Assembly: GCA_904419495.1 (NCBI GenBank)
Contig: CAJFRV010000012.1
Location: 7,133 to 71,132, forward strand
From: an uncultured Clostridia bacterium
Lineage (GTDB): Bacteria > Bacillota > Clostridia > TANB77 > CAG-508
DNA length: 64,000 nucleotides
Direction of reading: 5' to 3'
Shown: positions 38,367-47,963 of the stretch, piece by piece
How the letters are laid out: each line of letters begins with the position of its first letter
Position numbering within the stretch: position 1 is the first letter of the stretch
Notes under the pieces: model-generated
What the model was told of the DNA's origin: nothing
The model's database searches: none
What the model saw: the letters and a program-made list of their open reading frames with translations, nothing else
Translations under genes and position numbers: made by a program

Positions 38367-41300
38367 TTATTCACTTTTATATTTCCCCAAAGTCTTCAAA
38401 AATTCAGTCACATCATTTAAAATTTTCACTTCATTATCTGTACCAATCTCTAGTGTAATCATTGGTTTAATACCTGCTGAAAATTTCAATCTGTTTCCAT
38501 ATTCCTTTACAAGTTTTGCGACATCATAAGGAATTTCAGATTCTTCAAATGTAAATACAACAGCTGTTTTCTTACTTGCAATTTTGGATATGTTTAATGC
38601 TTTTGCTAAATATTTTATTCTTGCAATATCAATTAAGTTTTCTAATTCTGCTGGCATATTACCAAATCTATCAATAATTTCATCAATGATATTTTGGATA
38701 TCTTCTTCATCTTTACACAAAGCAATATCTTGATAAATCTCAATTTTTTGATTGGCATCTGAGATATAGTCATCTGGAATATAGCTGGTGACATTTAAGT
38801 CTATTTGGATATCTACTTCTGGTTTTATTTCAATTCCTTTCATTTCTTTGATAACTTCATCTAACAAGTTACAATACGTATCATATCCTACTTGTTCTAA
38901 ATGTCCTGATTGAATTTCTCCAAGCAGACTTCCTGCACCTCTGATTTCTAAATCACGCATCGCAATTTTAAATCCTGATCCAAATTCTGTAAATTCTTTT
39001 ATAGCTTTTAATCTCTTATCTGCTACTTCTGATAACAATTTATCTCGCTTATATGTGATATATGCATAGGCTTGCCTATCACTTCTTCCTACTCTTCCTC
39101 GTATTTGATATAATTGTGCTAATCCCATTCTATCTGCATTTTCAACAATAATCGTATTGGCATTTGGTATATCAATTCCAGATTCCAAGATGGTTGTACA
39201 AACTAACACATTGGATTTCTTTTGAATAAAATCATTCATAATTTCTTCAATCTGATTTCCTGACATTTGTCCATGCGCATAAGAAACTTCTGCCTCTGGT
39301 ACCAATCTTGATATTTCATCTGCTTTTCTTTGAATATTTTCTACATTATTAAAGATGTAAAATACCTGTCCATCTCTTTCTAATTCTTTTGTAATTGCCT
39401 CTTTTATAACTTCTCTGTCATATTCCAATACATAAGTTTGCACTGGTCTTCTGTTATGTGGTGGCTCATAAATAACAGACATATCCCTTACTCCCACAAT
39501 AGACATGTGTAAGGTTCTTGGAATTGGTGTTGCTGTCATGGTTAACACATCCACATTTGTTTTGTATTGTTTGATTTTTTCTTTATCCTTTACACCAAAT
39601 CGATGCTCTTCATCGATAATTAGTAGTCCTAAATCTTTAAATTCAACATCTTTACTAAGAATTCTATGGGTTCCCACAACAACATCTACTTCGCCTAATT
39701 TTAATTTTCTTATTACCTCTTTTTGATATTTTGCAGATTTAAATCTGTTCAATATTTCTACTTTTATTGGATAATCTTTCATTCTTTCTTTAAATTCTTG
39801 ATATTGTTGTTCTGCTAAAACTGTTGTTGGTGCTAAATATGCCACTTGTTTTTGATCCATAACTGCTTTAAACGCTGCTCTTATCGCTACCTCTGTTTTA
39901 CCATATCCGACATCACCACATAGTAATCTATCCATTGGCTTTGAATTTTCCATATCTTTTTTAACTTCTTCAATGCAGCGTAATTGGTCATCTGTTTCTT
40001 GATATGGAAATTTGGCTTCAAACTCATTTTGCCAAGGGGTATCTTTACTAAAACTAAATCCTTGTGATTTTTCTCTTTTGGCATATAGCTCAATTAACTC
40101 TGTTGCAACCTCTCTTAAGTTTTTCTTTACCCTTGTTTTTGTATTTTCCCATTCTTTGCTTCCTAATCGATTGATTTTAGGATTAATTTTATCTCCACCA
40201 ACATATTTTCGAATCATATCCATTTGGTTTGTTGGTACATACAAGATATCGTCATTTTTATATTTAATTTTAATATAGTCTTTAATCGTCCCGTCTGCCT
40301 TAATGGTATTAACACCAATATAGATACCGATTCCATAGGTTTTATGAACCACATAATCTCCTATTTTTAAATCAGCAAATACAACCTTTTCTCCCTCTGT
40401 ATAGGCAGAATGAGCTACTTTTCTTTTTCTTCTTTCTCCACTAATCAATTCATCTGCAGAAATGACTAATTGATTGATTTCATAGTTTTCAAATCCTGCT
40501 GATATTTTTCCAATTCCAATGGTAACAACTTTTTCTACTGTTTTTACCACAATCGTCTTATCTAATTTTTCTTCAATCTTACAAATAACTTCTTCTTTTT
40601 CTAGTATTTCTTTTAATTTTTTTGCCTTTTCTTTATTCTCGACTAAAACATAAATACTCTTTTTTTGTTTTAATGCTTCTTTCAATTCTTGGAATAAGTT
40701 TTCAATCTCACTTTTATAGAAATTGACTTCTCTATATTCAAAAACATATTTTTCTGCTTGTTTATTAGTTATACTGTCTTGTTTCTCCAAATAGATTAGA
40801 TTTCTGTTTCCATTTTCTAAAATATCTTCTATTTCTTCATATTCAATTGTATTTTCTAAACTTTGTGGAATGATTTTTTCTTTTTCTACTAAAGCATTGA
40901 TTAGATTCTTTCTATCTTGTTTAATATTTTCTGTTCTTTGCTCTATTTTTCTTTCTTCATCTAATGCAATAATATATTTGTCTGATAAGTAGTCTAATAA
41001 TGTAGAGGAATGTGTATAAAAACAATCAAAATATTTGTCAATTTTGCTAATATAGTTTCCACCAATAATTTGCTCTATATCTTCTTCTACAATTTCTTTT
41101 TGTGCTTCAGTTACACTTACATTTCTAATATTTTTACATACTTGTTCTATAGATTGTTCTAATATGTATTCATGTGCTGGATAAATCTCTACTTTTTCTA
41201 AAGTATTAATTGACCTTTGGCTAACAATGGCAAAATTCCTAATAGAGTCTACTTCATCTCCCCAAAATTCAATTCTTACACCTATTTTGTCAGAAACAGA

Positions 41301-41843
41301 AATATCTAAAATACCACCTCTAATACTAAATTGACCTCTACCTTCTATTAAGTCACATCTTACATATCCTAGATTTACTAATGCTTTCTTTATATCTTCT
41401 AATGAATAGACATCTCCTACTTTGAAATGTAGTAAGTTTTTAAATAACACATCTTTTGGTGGTAATTTTTGCATCAAAGCTTCTATGGTTGTCACAATAA
41501 TTGGATTTCTTTTTTCTTTAATTTTACTTAATACTTCTATTCTTTCATAAGGTAAGTCTTTACTTTCCGCAATATAGTCATAAGTTACAATTTCTTTTTT
41601 GGGAAAGATATCTCCCTTATCCATAAATGCTTTTATATTTTCTGATATTTGTTTTGCTTGAATTTCATTGTATGTAACAATTAAGATTGGTCTTTTTGCA
41701 TACTCATTGATACTAGCTAATAGTTCTACCATTCCCACGCCAGTTAAGCCCGATAACATGATCGGACTTTTTTCTTTTTCGATTTGATTTACCAATGTTA
41801 CAAACTTTTGAGATTTTCCAAGCTCTCCTAATATAGTATTCAT
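38367..41843 (-). CDS. mfd: Transcription-repair coupling factor Mfd
   Basis: 1158 aa. RNAP-interaction domain (GDYVVHKTYGIGIYIG), superfamily-2 helicase motifs (LLCGDVGYGKTEVA, DEEHRFGV, TATPIPRTL) and the TRG motif region. Confidence 0.95.
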   Translation of the reverse strand: MNTILGELGKSQKFVTLVNQIEKEKSPIMLSGLTGVGMVELLASINEYAKRPILIVTYNEIQAKQISENIKAFMDKGDIFPKKEIVTYDYIAESKDLPYERIEVLSKIKEKRNPIIVTTIEALMQKLPPKDVLFKNLLHFKVGDVYSLEDIKKALVNLGYVRCDLIEGRGQFSIRGGILDISVSDKIGVRIEFWGDEVDSIRNFAIVSQRSINTLEKVEIYPAHEYILEQSIEQVCKNIRNVSVTEAQKEIVEEDIEQIIGGNYISKIDKYFDCFYTHSSTLLDYLSDKYIIALDEERKIEQRTENIKQDRKNLINALVEKEKIIPQSLENTIEYEEIEDILENGNRNLIYLEKQDSITNKQAEKYVFEYREVNFYKSEIENLFQELKEALKQKKSIYVLVENKEKAKKLKEILEKEEVICKIEEKLDKTIVVKTVEKVVTIGIGKISAGFENYEINQLVISADELISGERRKRKVAHSAYTEGEKVVFADLKIGDYVVHKTYGIGIYIGVNTIKADGTIKDYIKIKYKNDDILYVPTNQMDMIRKYVGGDKINPKINRLGSKEWENTKTRVKKNLREVATELIELYAKREKSQGFSFSKDTPWQNEFEAKFPYQETDDQLRCIEEVKKDMENSKPMDRLLCGDVGYGKTEVAIRAAFKAVMDQKQVAYLAPTTVLAEQQYQEFKERMKDYPIKVEILNRFKSAKYQKEVIRKLKLGEVDVVVGTHRILSKDVEFKDLGLLIIDEEHRFGVKDKEKIKQYKTNVDVLTMTATPIPRTLHMSIVGVRDMSVIYEPPHNRRPVQTYVLEYDREVIKEAITKELERDGQVFYIFNNVENIQRKADEISRLVPEAEVSYAHGQMSGNQIEEIMNDFIQKKSNVLVCTTILESGIDIPNANTIIVENADRMGLAQLYQIRGRVGRSDRQAYAYITYKRDKLLSEVADKRLKAIKEFTEFGSGFKIAMRDLEIRGAGSLLGEIQSGHLEQVGYDTYCNLLDEVIKEMKGIEIKPEVDIQIDLNVTSYIPDDYISDANQKIEIYQDIALCKDEEDIQNIIDEIIDRFGNMPAELENLIDIARIKYLAKALNISKIASKKTAVVFTFEESEIPYDVAKLVKEYGNRLKFSAGIKPMITLEIGTDNEVKILNDVTEFLKTLGKYKSE

Positions 41844-42126
41844 TTTCTTCTCCTTGTTTGTTTGATTTCTATATTATACTACATTTTTTAATAAATAGAA
41901 ATAGTTATATAAAAATTTTACTTCTTTAATTTTTTCAATAATTAATTAAATTAGATAAAGTATCAGAATTTATATAAATATGCTTAAAACTTGGTTATAT
42001 TTCTTTTAGCTTAACTTAAGCCCTATTCATTGAATTTCTAAGCATTTTGTGATATAATTAATATGTTACATTATTTTAATCACTAAAGAGGGAATTTTTC
42101 CCTCAAGAAAAAAGGAGGAAATTTTA

Positions 42127-42861
42127 ATGTTACGGTCATTGCTAAACACAGGAATCAGTGCAAATCTTACACACCGACAGTATGCTGAATATGCAAACGA
42201 GTTAGCTGTTTTGCAAAGTATATGGGAACGCGACATAAGCATTTTGTCAGAGGCCCACTTTACTTTATTACTTTTAACAAATGGGATTGACGCAAGGTTT
42301 ATTCCTGAGCCGGTCTGCCAGTATGATTATGATCGAGTTATCTATCATTCTTCAGACCCCAAATTAGGAATTGGTGAGTGTCGGCGTTTAAGCACGGAGG
42401 AACCATATCCTATTGGATTAAAATCCATAGCCGATGGCGGTACTGTGCCGTGTTCTATGCTATCTATCTTGAAATATTTTCAAGTAGATGCTTCTTTGTT
42501 AGAAGTCGGTAATTTTCTTGTCAAACATGGCTATCGTTCCAAAAGGCATGGTACACGATGGATTGCTATTGACAAGATACTAGAGATTAATTATGGTATT
42601 GAAACCACCATTATAACCTCAGTACTTGAGCTTGCCCGTTCGCTATCCCTTGGTCAACCTGTACTTTCAATGGTAAATTCCACGTGGTTGCATAATTCAC
42701 CAAACAAAAATGGTAATGAGTGCATTATAATATGGAAATTACAGGGCAGTAAAGCAATTATTACAACAACAACCTCTCTCGAGAAGCAGCTGCTCAAAGT
42801 AGATTTACAAGATTTGCTTAAACACATTCTCAGAGCATGGTCTTGCAGGAAAATAAGATAA
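42127..42861 (+). CDS. Hypothetical protein on a visibly G+C-richer segment; possibly a papain-fold (C39-like) cysteine peptidase
   Basis: 244 aa. RBS AAGGAGGA. GGTVPCSMLSILKYFQVD resembles the nucleophile region of C39-like peptidases, but I cannot place a clear His/Asp partner. Composition (many C/G-ending codons) differs from its neighbours. Confidence 0.3.
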   Translation: MLRSLLNTGISANLTHRQYAEYANELAVLQSIWERDISILSEAHFTLLLLTNGIDARFIPEPVCQYDYDRVIYHSSDPKLGIGECRRLSTEEPYPIGLKSIADGGTVPCSMLSILKYFQVDASLLEVGNFLVKHGYRSKRHGTRWIAIDKILEINYGIETTIITSVLELARSLSLGQPVLSMVNSTWLHNSPNKNGNECIIIWKLQGSKAIITTTTSLEKQLLKVDLQDLLKHILRAWSCRKIR

Positions 42862-42908
42862 CCTCTAACACTAATGCCCCTATTCGTACGAGTAGGGGTA
42901 TTCTTTTC

Positions 42909-42975
42909 TTACATCTTCATTACTAATTTATTAAATTTACTGTTGAATATAATTTTCTAGTTTTTTATAAATTTT
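42909..42975. repeat. Degenerate duplicate of the 3' end of topB (direct repeat of 44198-44265)
   Basis: ttacatcttcattactaatttattaaatttactgttgaatataattttctag versus ttacatcttcactactaatttattaaatttactattgatataattttctag. There are a few substitutions and one 1-nt indel, and the copy no longer encodes the TopB C-terminus. Confidence 0.85.
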
Positions 42976-43124
42976 ACTCTTATTACAATTGCACAATGTC
43001 CGCATCTTTTATCTTTCCTTCTATATTCTCTTCTTTTTCTTTGACTTTCATATCTTTTTCAGTATCGTAGCATAATAACAAAAATATCGCATATACTAAA
43101 CATTGTATAAAGGAGAGATTTATT

Positions 43125-44024
43125 ATGAATGATTACCCATTTATTCCCTACTACAATTTTGAAACGGTTTGTAAACAACAACCAATTACATTCCCCCCTC
43201 AGCATCAATCAATACAACCCGGCATAGAAAACGAGATGACCCCCCTTCCAATTTTTGATAATCAAAATTATAACCCTAGTGGAAAATTACAAGGAAAGGT
43301 CGCAATCATCTCTGGTGGTGATAGTGGAATTGGTAGAGCTGTATCTGTTTTATTTGCTAAAGAAGGTGCAGATATTGTGATTTGTTACTTATCTGAGCAT
43401 GAAGATGCTAACTATACCAAAAAAGTTATTGAATACTATGGGAGAAAATGTTTATTAATTTCTTGTGATTTGCGAAAGGAAGAATCATCAACTCAAGTTA
43501 TCAACGAAACTTTAAAAACATTTGGAAAAGTAGATATCTTAGTTAACAACTGTGGCGTTCAATTTCCTCAAAATAGTATATTAGATATTTCAGCAGAACA
43601 GTTAAGAAACACATTTGAAACCAATATTTTCTCTTTTTTCTATTTAACCAAAGCTGTACTTCCATATTTAGAAGCTAATTCTAGTATTATTAATACTTCA
43701 TCTATTACTGCTTTTGATGGAAAGAAAAATTTAATTGATTATTCTGCTACAAAAGGAGCCATTACTGTCTTCACAAAATCTCTAGCTTTATCCTTGGCAG
43801 ATAATTTAATAAGAGTAAACGCTGTTGCTCCCGGGCCTATTTGGACGCCTCTCATTCCTGCTTCTTTTACCGCAGAAGAAGTTTCTATTTTTGGTACAGA
43901 AACACCGCTAAAAAGAGCTGGTCAACCTTTTGAACTTGCACCTGCTTATTTATATTTAGCTTCTGATGATTCTCGATATGTAACTGGTCAAATCCTTCAT
44001 GTAAATGGTGGTACTATTGTTTAA
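43125..44024 (+). CDS. SDR-family oxidoreductase (YhdF/general-stress-protein-39-like)
   Basis: 299 aa. Cofactor motif ISGGDSGIGRA, NNCG, and the catalytic S...YSATKGA triad. The N-terminal ~50 aa extension is typical of this subgroup. Confidence 0.85.
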   Translation: MNDYPFIPYYNFETVCKQQPITFPPQHQSIQPGIENEMTPLPIFDNQNYNPSGKLQGKVAIISGGDSGIGRAVSVLFAKEGADIVICYLSEHEDANYTKKVIEYYGRKCLLISCDLRKEESSTQVINETLKTFGKVDILVNNCGVQFPQNSILDISAEQLRNTFETNIFSFFYLTKAVLPYLEANSSIINTSSITAFDGKKNLIDYSATKGAITVFTKSLALSLADNLIRVNAVAPGPIWTPLIPASFTAEEVSIFGTETPLKRAGQPFELAPAYLYLASDDSRYVTGQILHVNGGTIV

Positions 44025-44053
44025 CTAATATTAAATATTTATCTGTTAATTCA

Positions 44054-44191
44054 AAAAGCAGTCAACTGTATCTTATTTTTATATCTCGTGTTTACAATTC
44101 AAGAACAAAGTTATTGCTGATTACTTAATGCTCTTTTAATTAATCATGTAATCCTAAAAAATAAGATAGCCCTTTTAAGTTGACTGCTTTT
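44054..44191. repeat. Foldback element, family 6 (long-range inverted repeat)
   Basis: aaaagcagtcaactgtatcttatttt ... aaaataagatagcccttttaagttgactgctttt. It lies between the convergent SDR and topB stops. Confidence 0.7.
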
Positions 44192-44197
44192 AACTAT

Positions 44198-46201
44198 TTA
44201 CATCTTCACTACTAATTTATTAAATTTACTATTGATATAATTTTCTAGTTTCGTCATAAATTCATTTGGTTTGATTTCTTTTTTAGCTACCATATCTAAC
44301 CCTTTTTCCCAACTAGCTGTTAATTTCGGATTTAACATATCTGGCATAGATTGCATAACAATGTCATAGATATATTCTCCTTTTTGGCTAGGAGTAATAA
44401 TTTGTGTTTTGTTATTAATTTCTATGTAATTTATTTTTTCTAGTTTTTTTATAATTTCTCCTCTTGTAGCACTTGTTCCAATTCCAGCCCCTTTTATTTG
44501 TTCTCTTAATTCCTCTTCTTCGATTAGCTTTCCTGCGTTTTCCATCGCTAGAATAATGGAACCTGAATTATATCTGTTTGGTGGTGAGGTTTCTGCTTCT
44601 TTAATTTCAAAATTCTTAATCAATACTTCTTGTCCTTTTTTTAGTTTCTTTAATATTTCTAAATCTGCTGATTTATTTTCACCATTTTTGTTTTCTTCCT
44701 CTTTGTTTTCCACATCTTGCTCACCATTTGTGGATTTTTTCTTTTTATTTTCTTTATCTACTGGTTTTAAAATTTCTAAAAATCCTTGATTAATACAAAC
44801 TCTTCCACTTGTTGTGAAGGTTTCTTTTTTGTCTTTATCCATTTCTACTTCAATCGTTAATTGAATCTTATTATATTCTGCTGGTGGATAAAAAATGGCT
44901 AAGAAACGTTTTACAATCACCAAATAAATATCTTTTTGTAATTGTGGTAAACTATTAAAATTTTCATACCCTTGTCCTGTTGGAATAATGGCATAGTGGT
45001 CTGTGATTTTACTATCATTTACATACTTTGTTTTTGCTAAATTCGTAGAATATTTTTCTTCTACCATTTTTTTGATATATCCTTGTATCTCTTCATCCTT
45101 ACAACCTTTTGCAATTCCATTTAAATTTTTATTAATTTCCTTGCTAACTGCTGTTGATAATACCCTTGCATCTGTTCTAGGATAGGTAACCAATTTCTTT
45201 TCATATAGATTTTGAATAATCTCCAATGTTTCATCTGGTTTAATTTTAAATCGTTTGGTACATTCATTTTGAATTTCTGCTAAATTAAATAACAATGGTG
45301 CATTTTCTTTCTGTTTCGATTTTTTAAGTTCTGTTATCACTGCCTTTTTATTACTCAAACTGACAATAAATTCTTTCGCATCTTTTTCTTTTTTAAATCC
45401 TGTTTCATTATATAATTTAGGAGATTCCCATACAGTAGATTTCTCTGTTGCCTTCCAATCTGCTTTAAAAGAAGCTTCCTCCTCTCCAAATTCTCCCATA
45501 ATTTTATAATACTTTGTTTTGACAAAATTTCGAATTTCTCTTTCACGAGATACAACCATTCCTAATACACAAGTCATAACTCTTCCCACAGAAATAGAAG
45601 CTCTATCTTCATGAATATTTTGTGCCAATCTTCTTCCAAATATGATAGATAATAGTCTAGAAAAATTAATTCCAATTAAATAATCTTCCTTTGCTCTTAA
45701 ATAAGCACTATCTGACAAGCTATCATATTCTGACATATCTTTTGCTTCACGAATGCCTCTTAGAATTTCTTCTTCTGTTTGAGAATCTATCCAAACTCTT
45801 TTCATTTTCGCCTTTGGATTTGGCTTTGCCATCATAAACACAAGCCTTTGTATATATTCTCCTTCTCTTCCAGAGTCTCCTGCATTATATATTTCTTCTA
45901 TATCTTCTCTTTGTAGCAATTGTTGCACAATGTTAAATTGATTTTGCACCTGTGGTATAATTTCATATTTCCATTCTTCTGGAATAAATGGTAGAGTATC
46001 TAGTCTCCAAAATTTTAATTTTTCATCGTATTTTTCTGGATAACTCATGGTTACTAAATGACCTACACACCAAGTGATAATCCAATCATTAGATTCTAAA
46101 TACCCATTTTTTCTACTCGTTGTGATTTTTAATGCTTTTGCAAATTCCATTGCCACAGATGGCTTTTCTGTTATGATTAATTTTTTGCTCAATGTGATCA
46201 T
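44198..46201 (-). CDS. topB: DNA topoisomerase III (type IA)
   Basis: 667 aa. TOPRIM LIITEKPSVA and NAGDSGREGEYI; active-site Tyr in LVTYPRTDARVLS. Confidence 0.9.
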   Translation of the reverse strand: MITLSKKLIITEKPSVAMEFAKALKITTSRKNGYLESNDWIITWCVGHLVTMSYPEKYDEKLKFWRLDTLPFIPEEWKYEIIPQVQNQFNIVQQLLQREDIEEIYNAGDSGREGEYIQRLVFMMAKPNPKAKMKRVWIDSQTEEEILRGIREAKDMSEYDSLSDSAYLRAKEDYLIGINFSRLLSIIFGRRLAQNIHEDRASISVGRVMTCVLGMVVSREREIRNFVKTKYYKIMGEFGEEEASFKADWKATEKSTVWESPKLYNETGFKKEKDAKEFIVSLSNKKAVITELKKSKQKENAPLLFNLAEIQNECTKRFKIKPDETLEIIQNLYEKKLVTYPRTDARVLSTAVSKEINKNLNGIAKGCKDEEIQGYIKKMVEEKYSTNLAKTKYVNDSKITDHYAIIPTGQGYENFNSLPQLQKDIYLVIVKRFLAIFYPPAEYNKIQLTIEVEMDKDKKETFTTSGRVCINQGFLEILKPVDKENKKKKSTNGEQDVENKEEENKNGENKSADLEILKKLKKGQEVLIKNFEIKEAETSPPNRYNSGSIILAMENAGKLIEEEELREQIKGAGIGTSATRGEIIKKLEKINYIEINNKTQIITPSQKGEYIYDIVMQSMPDMLNPKLTASWEKGLDMVAKKEIKPNEFMTKLENYINSKFNKLVVKM

Positions 46202-46971
46202 CCTTTTATTTTTTCTTCTACATATTGATTTAAAAATTTTTGTATTTGTTGCATTTTATGTTTGGTTTCTTCATTTTCAAAGTGAAATCTTTGAAATATT
46301 CTATTGATATATTTTTGTTTATATATAATCTCAAAAGAAGCCGAATAATTCATATCAAATAGGAATGCCAACATAACTAATACTTCTATTAATTTTCCTC
46401 TTTCTGTAAGTTCATTTCTATTAATTGTTTTCTTTTCATAAATTTTAGATAGAATTTTATTATTAACTATTGACTTGTTAATTTCCTCTATTTCTTTTTC
46501 TTTATAAAAAATATCTATTGCTTCATAGAAAATATCTAACTTATCTGCATCTCTTATAATTTTACAAAACATTTCTTGTTTTGGATTTAGACCTTCTTCT
46601 ATTTTATATTTATTATGATTTTTTATTGCTACATAAATGATATCTTTGTATTTCTCATCCTCTATATATGTTTTTATATAATCATCTTTTTTTAAAATTT
46701 TTACTCCTAAATCCCCATGGTCAATACTTTCTCTATCTCTAAATGTACCATATTGAGTAAATTGTTCAAATCTGGCTATATCATGTAGTAAACCTATTAA
46801 AGTTGCTATTTGTATTTCTTCATCACTTAGCTTCATTTTTTGAGCTATTTGGCTAGACAAATCTCTAACTCTTAAAGAATGTAATTGTTTTCTTTTTAAA
46901 TGACTATCTTCCAAGTTAAATTTTTCAGAATATTTTATAAATTCCTTTTCTGCTTTATCTAAATCTATCAT
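46198..46971 (-). CDS. HD-domain metal-dependent phosphohydrolase (paralogue 1)
   Basis: 257 aa. H...HD...D motifs: KQLHSLRV, LIGLLHDIARFEQ, DHGDLG and IIRDADKLD. Its stop overlaps the topB start (ATGA). Confidence 0.75.
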   Translation of the reverse strand: MIDLDKAEKEFIKYSEKFNLEDSHLKRKQLHSLRVRDLSSQIAQKMKLSDEEIQIATLIGLLHDIARFEQFTQYGTFRDRESIDHGDLGVKILKKDDYIKTYIEDEKYKDIIYVAIKNHNKYKIEEGLNPKQEMFCKIIRDADKLDIFYEAIDIFYKEKEIEEINKSIVNNKILSKIYEKKTINRNELTERGKLIEVLVMLAFLFDMNYSASFEIIYKQKYINRIFQRFHFENEETKHKMQQIQKFLNQYVEEKIKG

Positions 46972-46991
46972 TTTGACTAATTCATCCTCTC

Positions 46992-47783
46992 TTATATATT
47001 TCCTTGATCACCTAGTGTTTTCATATATTTTACAACTTTATCATATATTTTTTTATATTGCTCCATAGTTTTTTGATTATGAAATTCAAATCGATTATAT
47101 ATTCTTTCCATATAATTTTGCTCTTTTATGTATTGAATACTATCTGGAAAATTAAAATCAAAAATATACGCAAAATGTCCAACTAATGTATCTACACTTG
47201 ATTTTTTCTTTCCATAGTCTATTCTTCCTTTTTCCATGAAATCTTTATATATTTCATCTGTAATGATGTCATCTGATAAATCTGCTTTTTCCCAAGCAGT
47301 TTCCTTTTTTTCATAAGTTAATATATATAATATATCTATCTTATCACTATCTCCAATAATTTTTATATGTAATAATTCTCGTGTTGTTAAATCATCTGGT
47401 ATATCTGATCCATTTTTATTATGATTTAAAATTGCTTTTTTAATAATCTCATCATATTGTGTATCTTTTACAAAATTTCTAATAATTCCATCTTTTTGAT
47501 TAAATAAAATATGTACACCAAATTCTCCATGATTAACACTTTTTTTGTCATTAAATGTATTATATCTTTTAATTTGTTCAAATCTTCCTATATCATGAAG
47601 TAATCCAATCAATTCTGCTAATGCCACATCTTCTTTATTTAATTCTAACTTTGTTGCCAACTTCTTTGCAATTTGTGATACTCTTTCTATATGCTCCACT
47701 TTTAATTTTATTTTATCATTTTGTATATCATAACTTTTTACATAATCTGCAAATGCTTTTTTAGCCATTAGCATATCAATCAT
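46992..47783 (-). CDS. HD-domain metal-dependent phosphohydrolase (paralogue 2)
   Basis: ORF track 46992..47804. ATG 47783 (MIDMLMAKKAF) follows GAGGTGA. Motifs HIERVSQIA, LIGLLHDIGRFEQ, NHGEFG and IIGDSDKID. Confidence 0.75.
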   Translation of the reverse strand: MIDMLMAKKAFADYVKSYDIQNDKIKLKVEHIERVSQIAKKLATKLELNKEDVALAELIGLLHDIGRFEQIKRYNTFNDKKSVNHGEFGVHILFNQKDGIIRNFVKDTQYDEIIKKAILNHNKNGSDIPDDLTTRELLHIKIIGDSDKIDILYILTYEKKETAWEKADLSDDIITDEIYKDFMEKGRIDYGKKKSSVDTLVGHFAYIFDFNFPDSIQYIKEQNYMERIYNRFEFHNQKTMEQYKKIYDKVVKYMKTLGDQGNI

Positions 47784-47963
47784 GTTTTTCACCTCGCTTT
47801 GCATTCTATCATTTTTTATTTTTTATTTCAAGTGAAAATCCCCTTGCTATAAATTGGCTAAATATCTAGCAAATCTTTATGAATTCGTAATTTTCTCTTG
47901 AATCTCGTGCCTTTTTGTTATATAATACGGCTTATATAACATTTGAAAGGACTGATTAGAAGC

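Noticed and set aside
47805-47963. T-box leader upstream of leuS
   Set aside because: The gap is only ~160 nt and holds a plain promoter (TTGAAT...TATAAT). It has no specifier hairpin, no conserved T-box sequence and no terminator/antiterminator pair.
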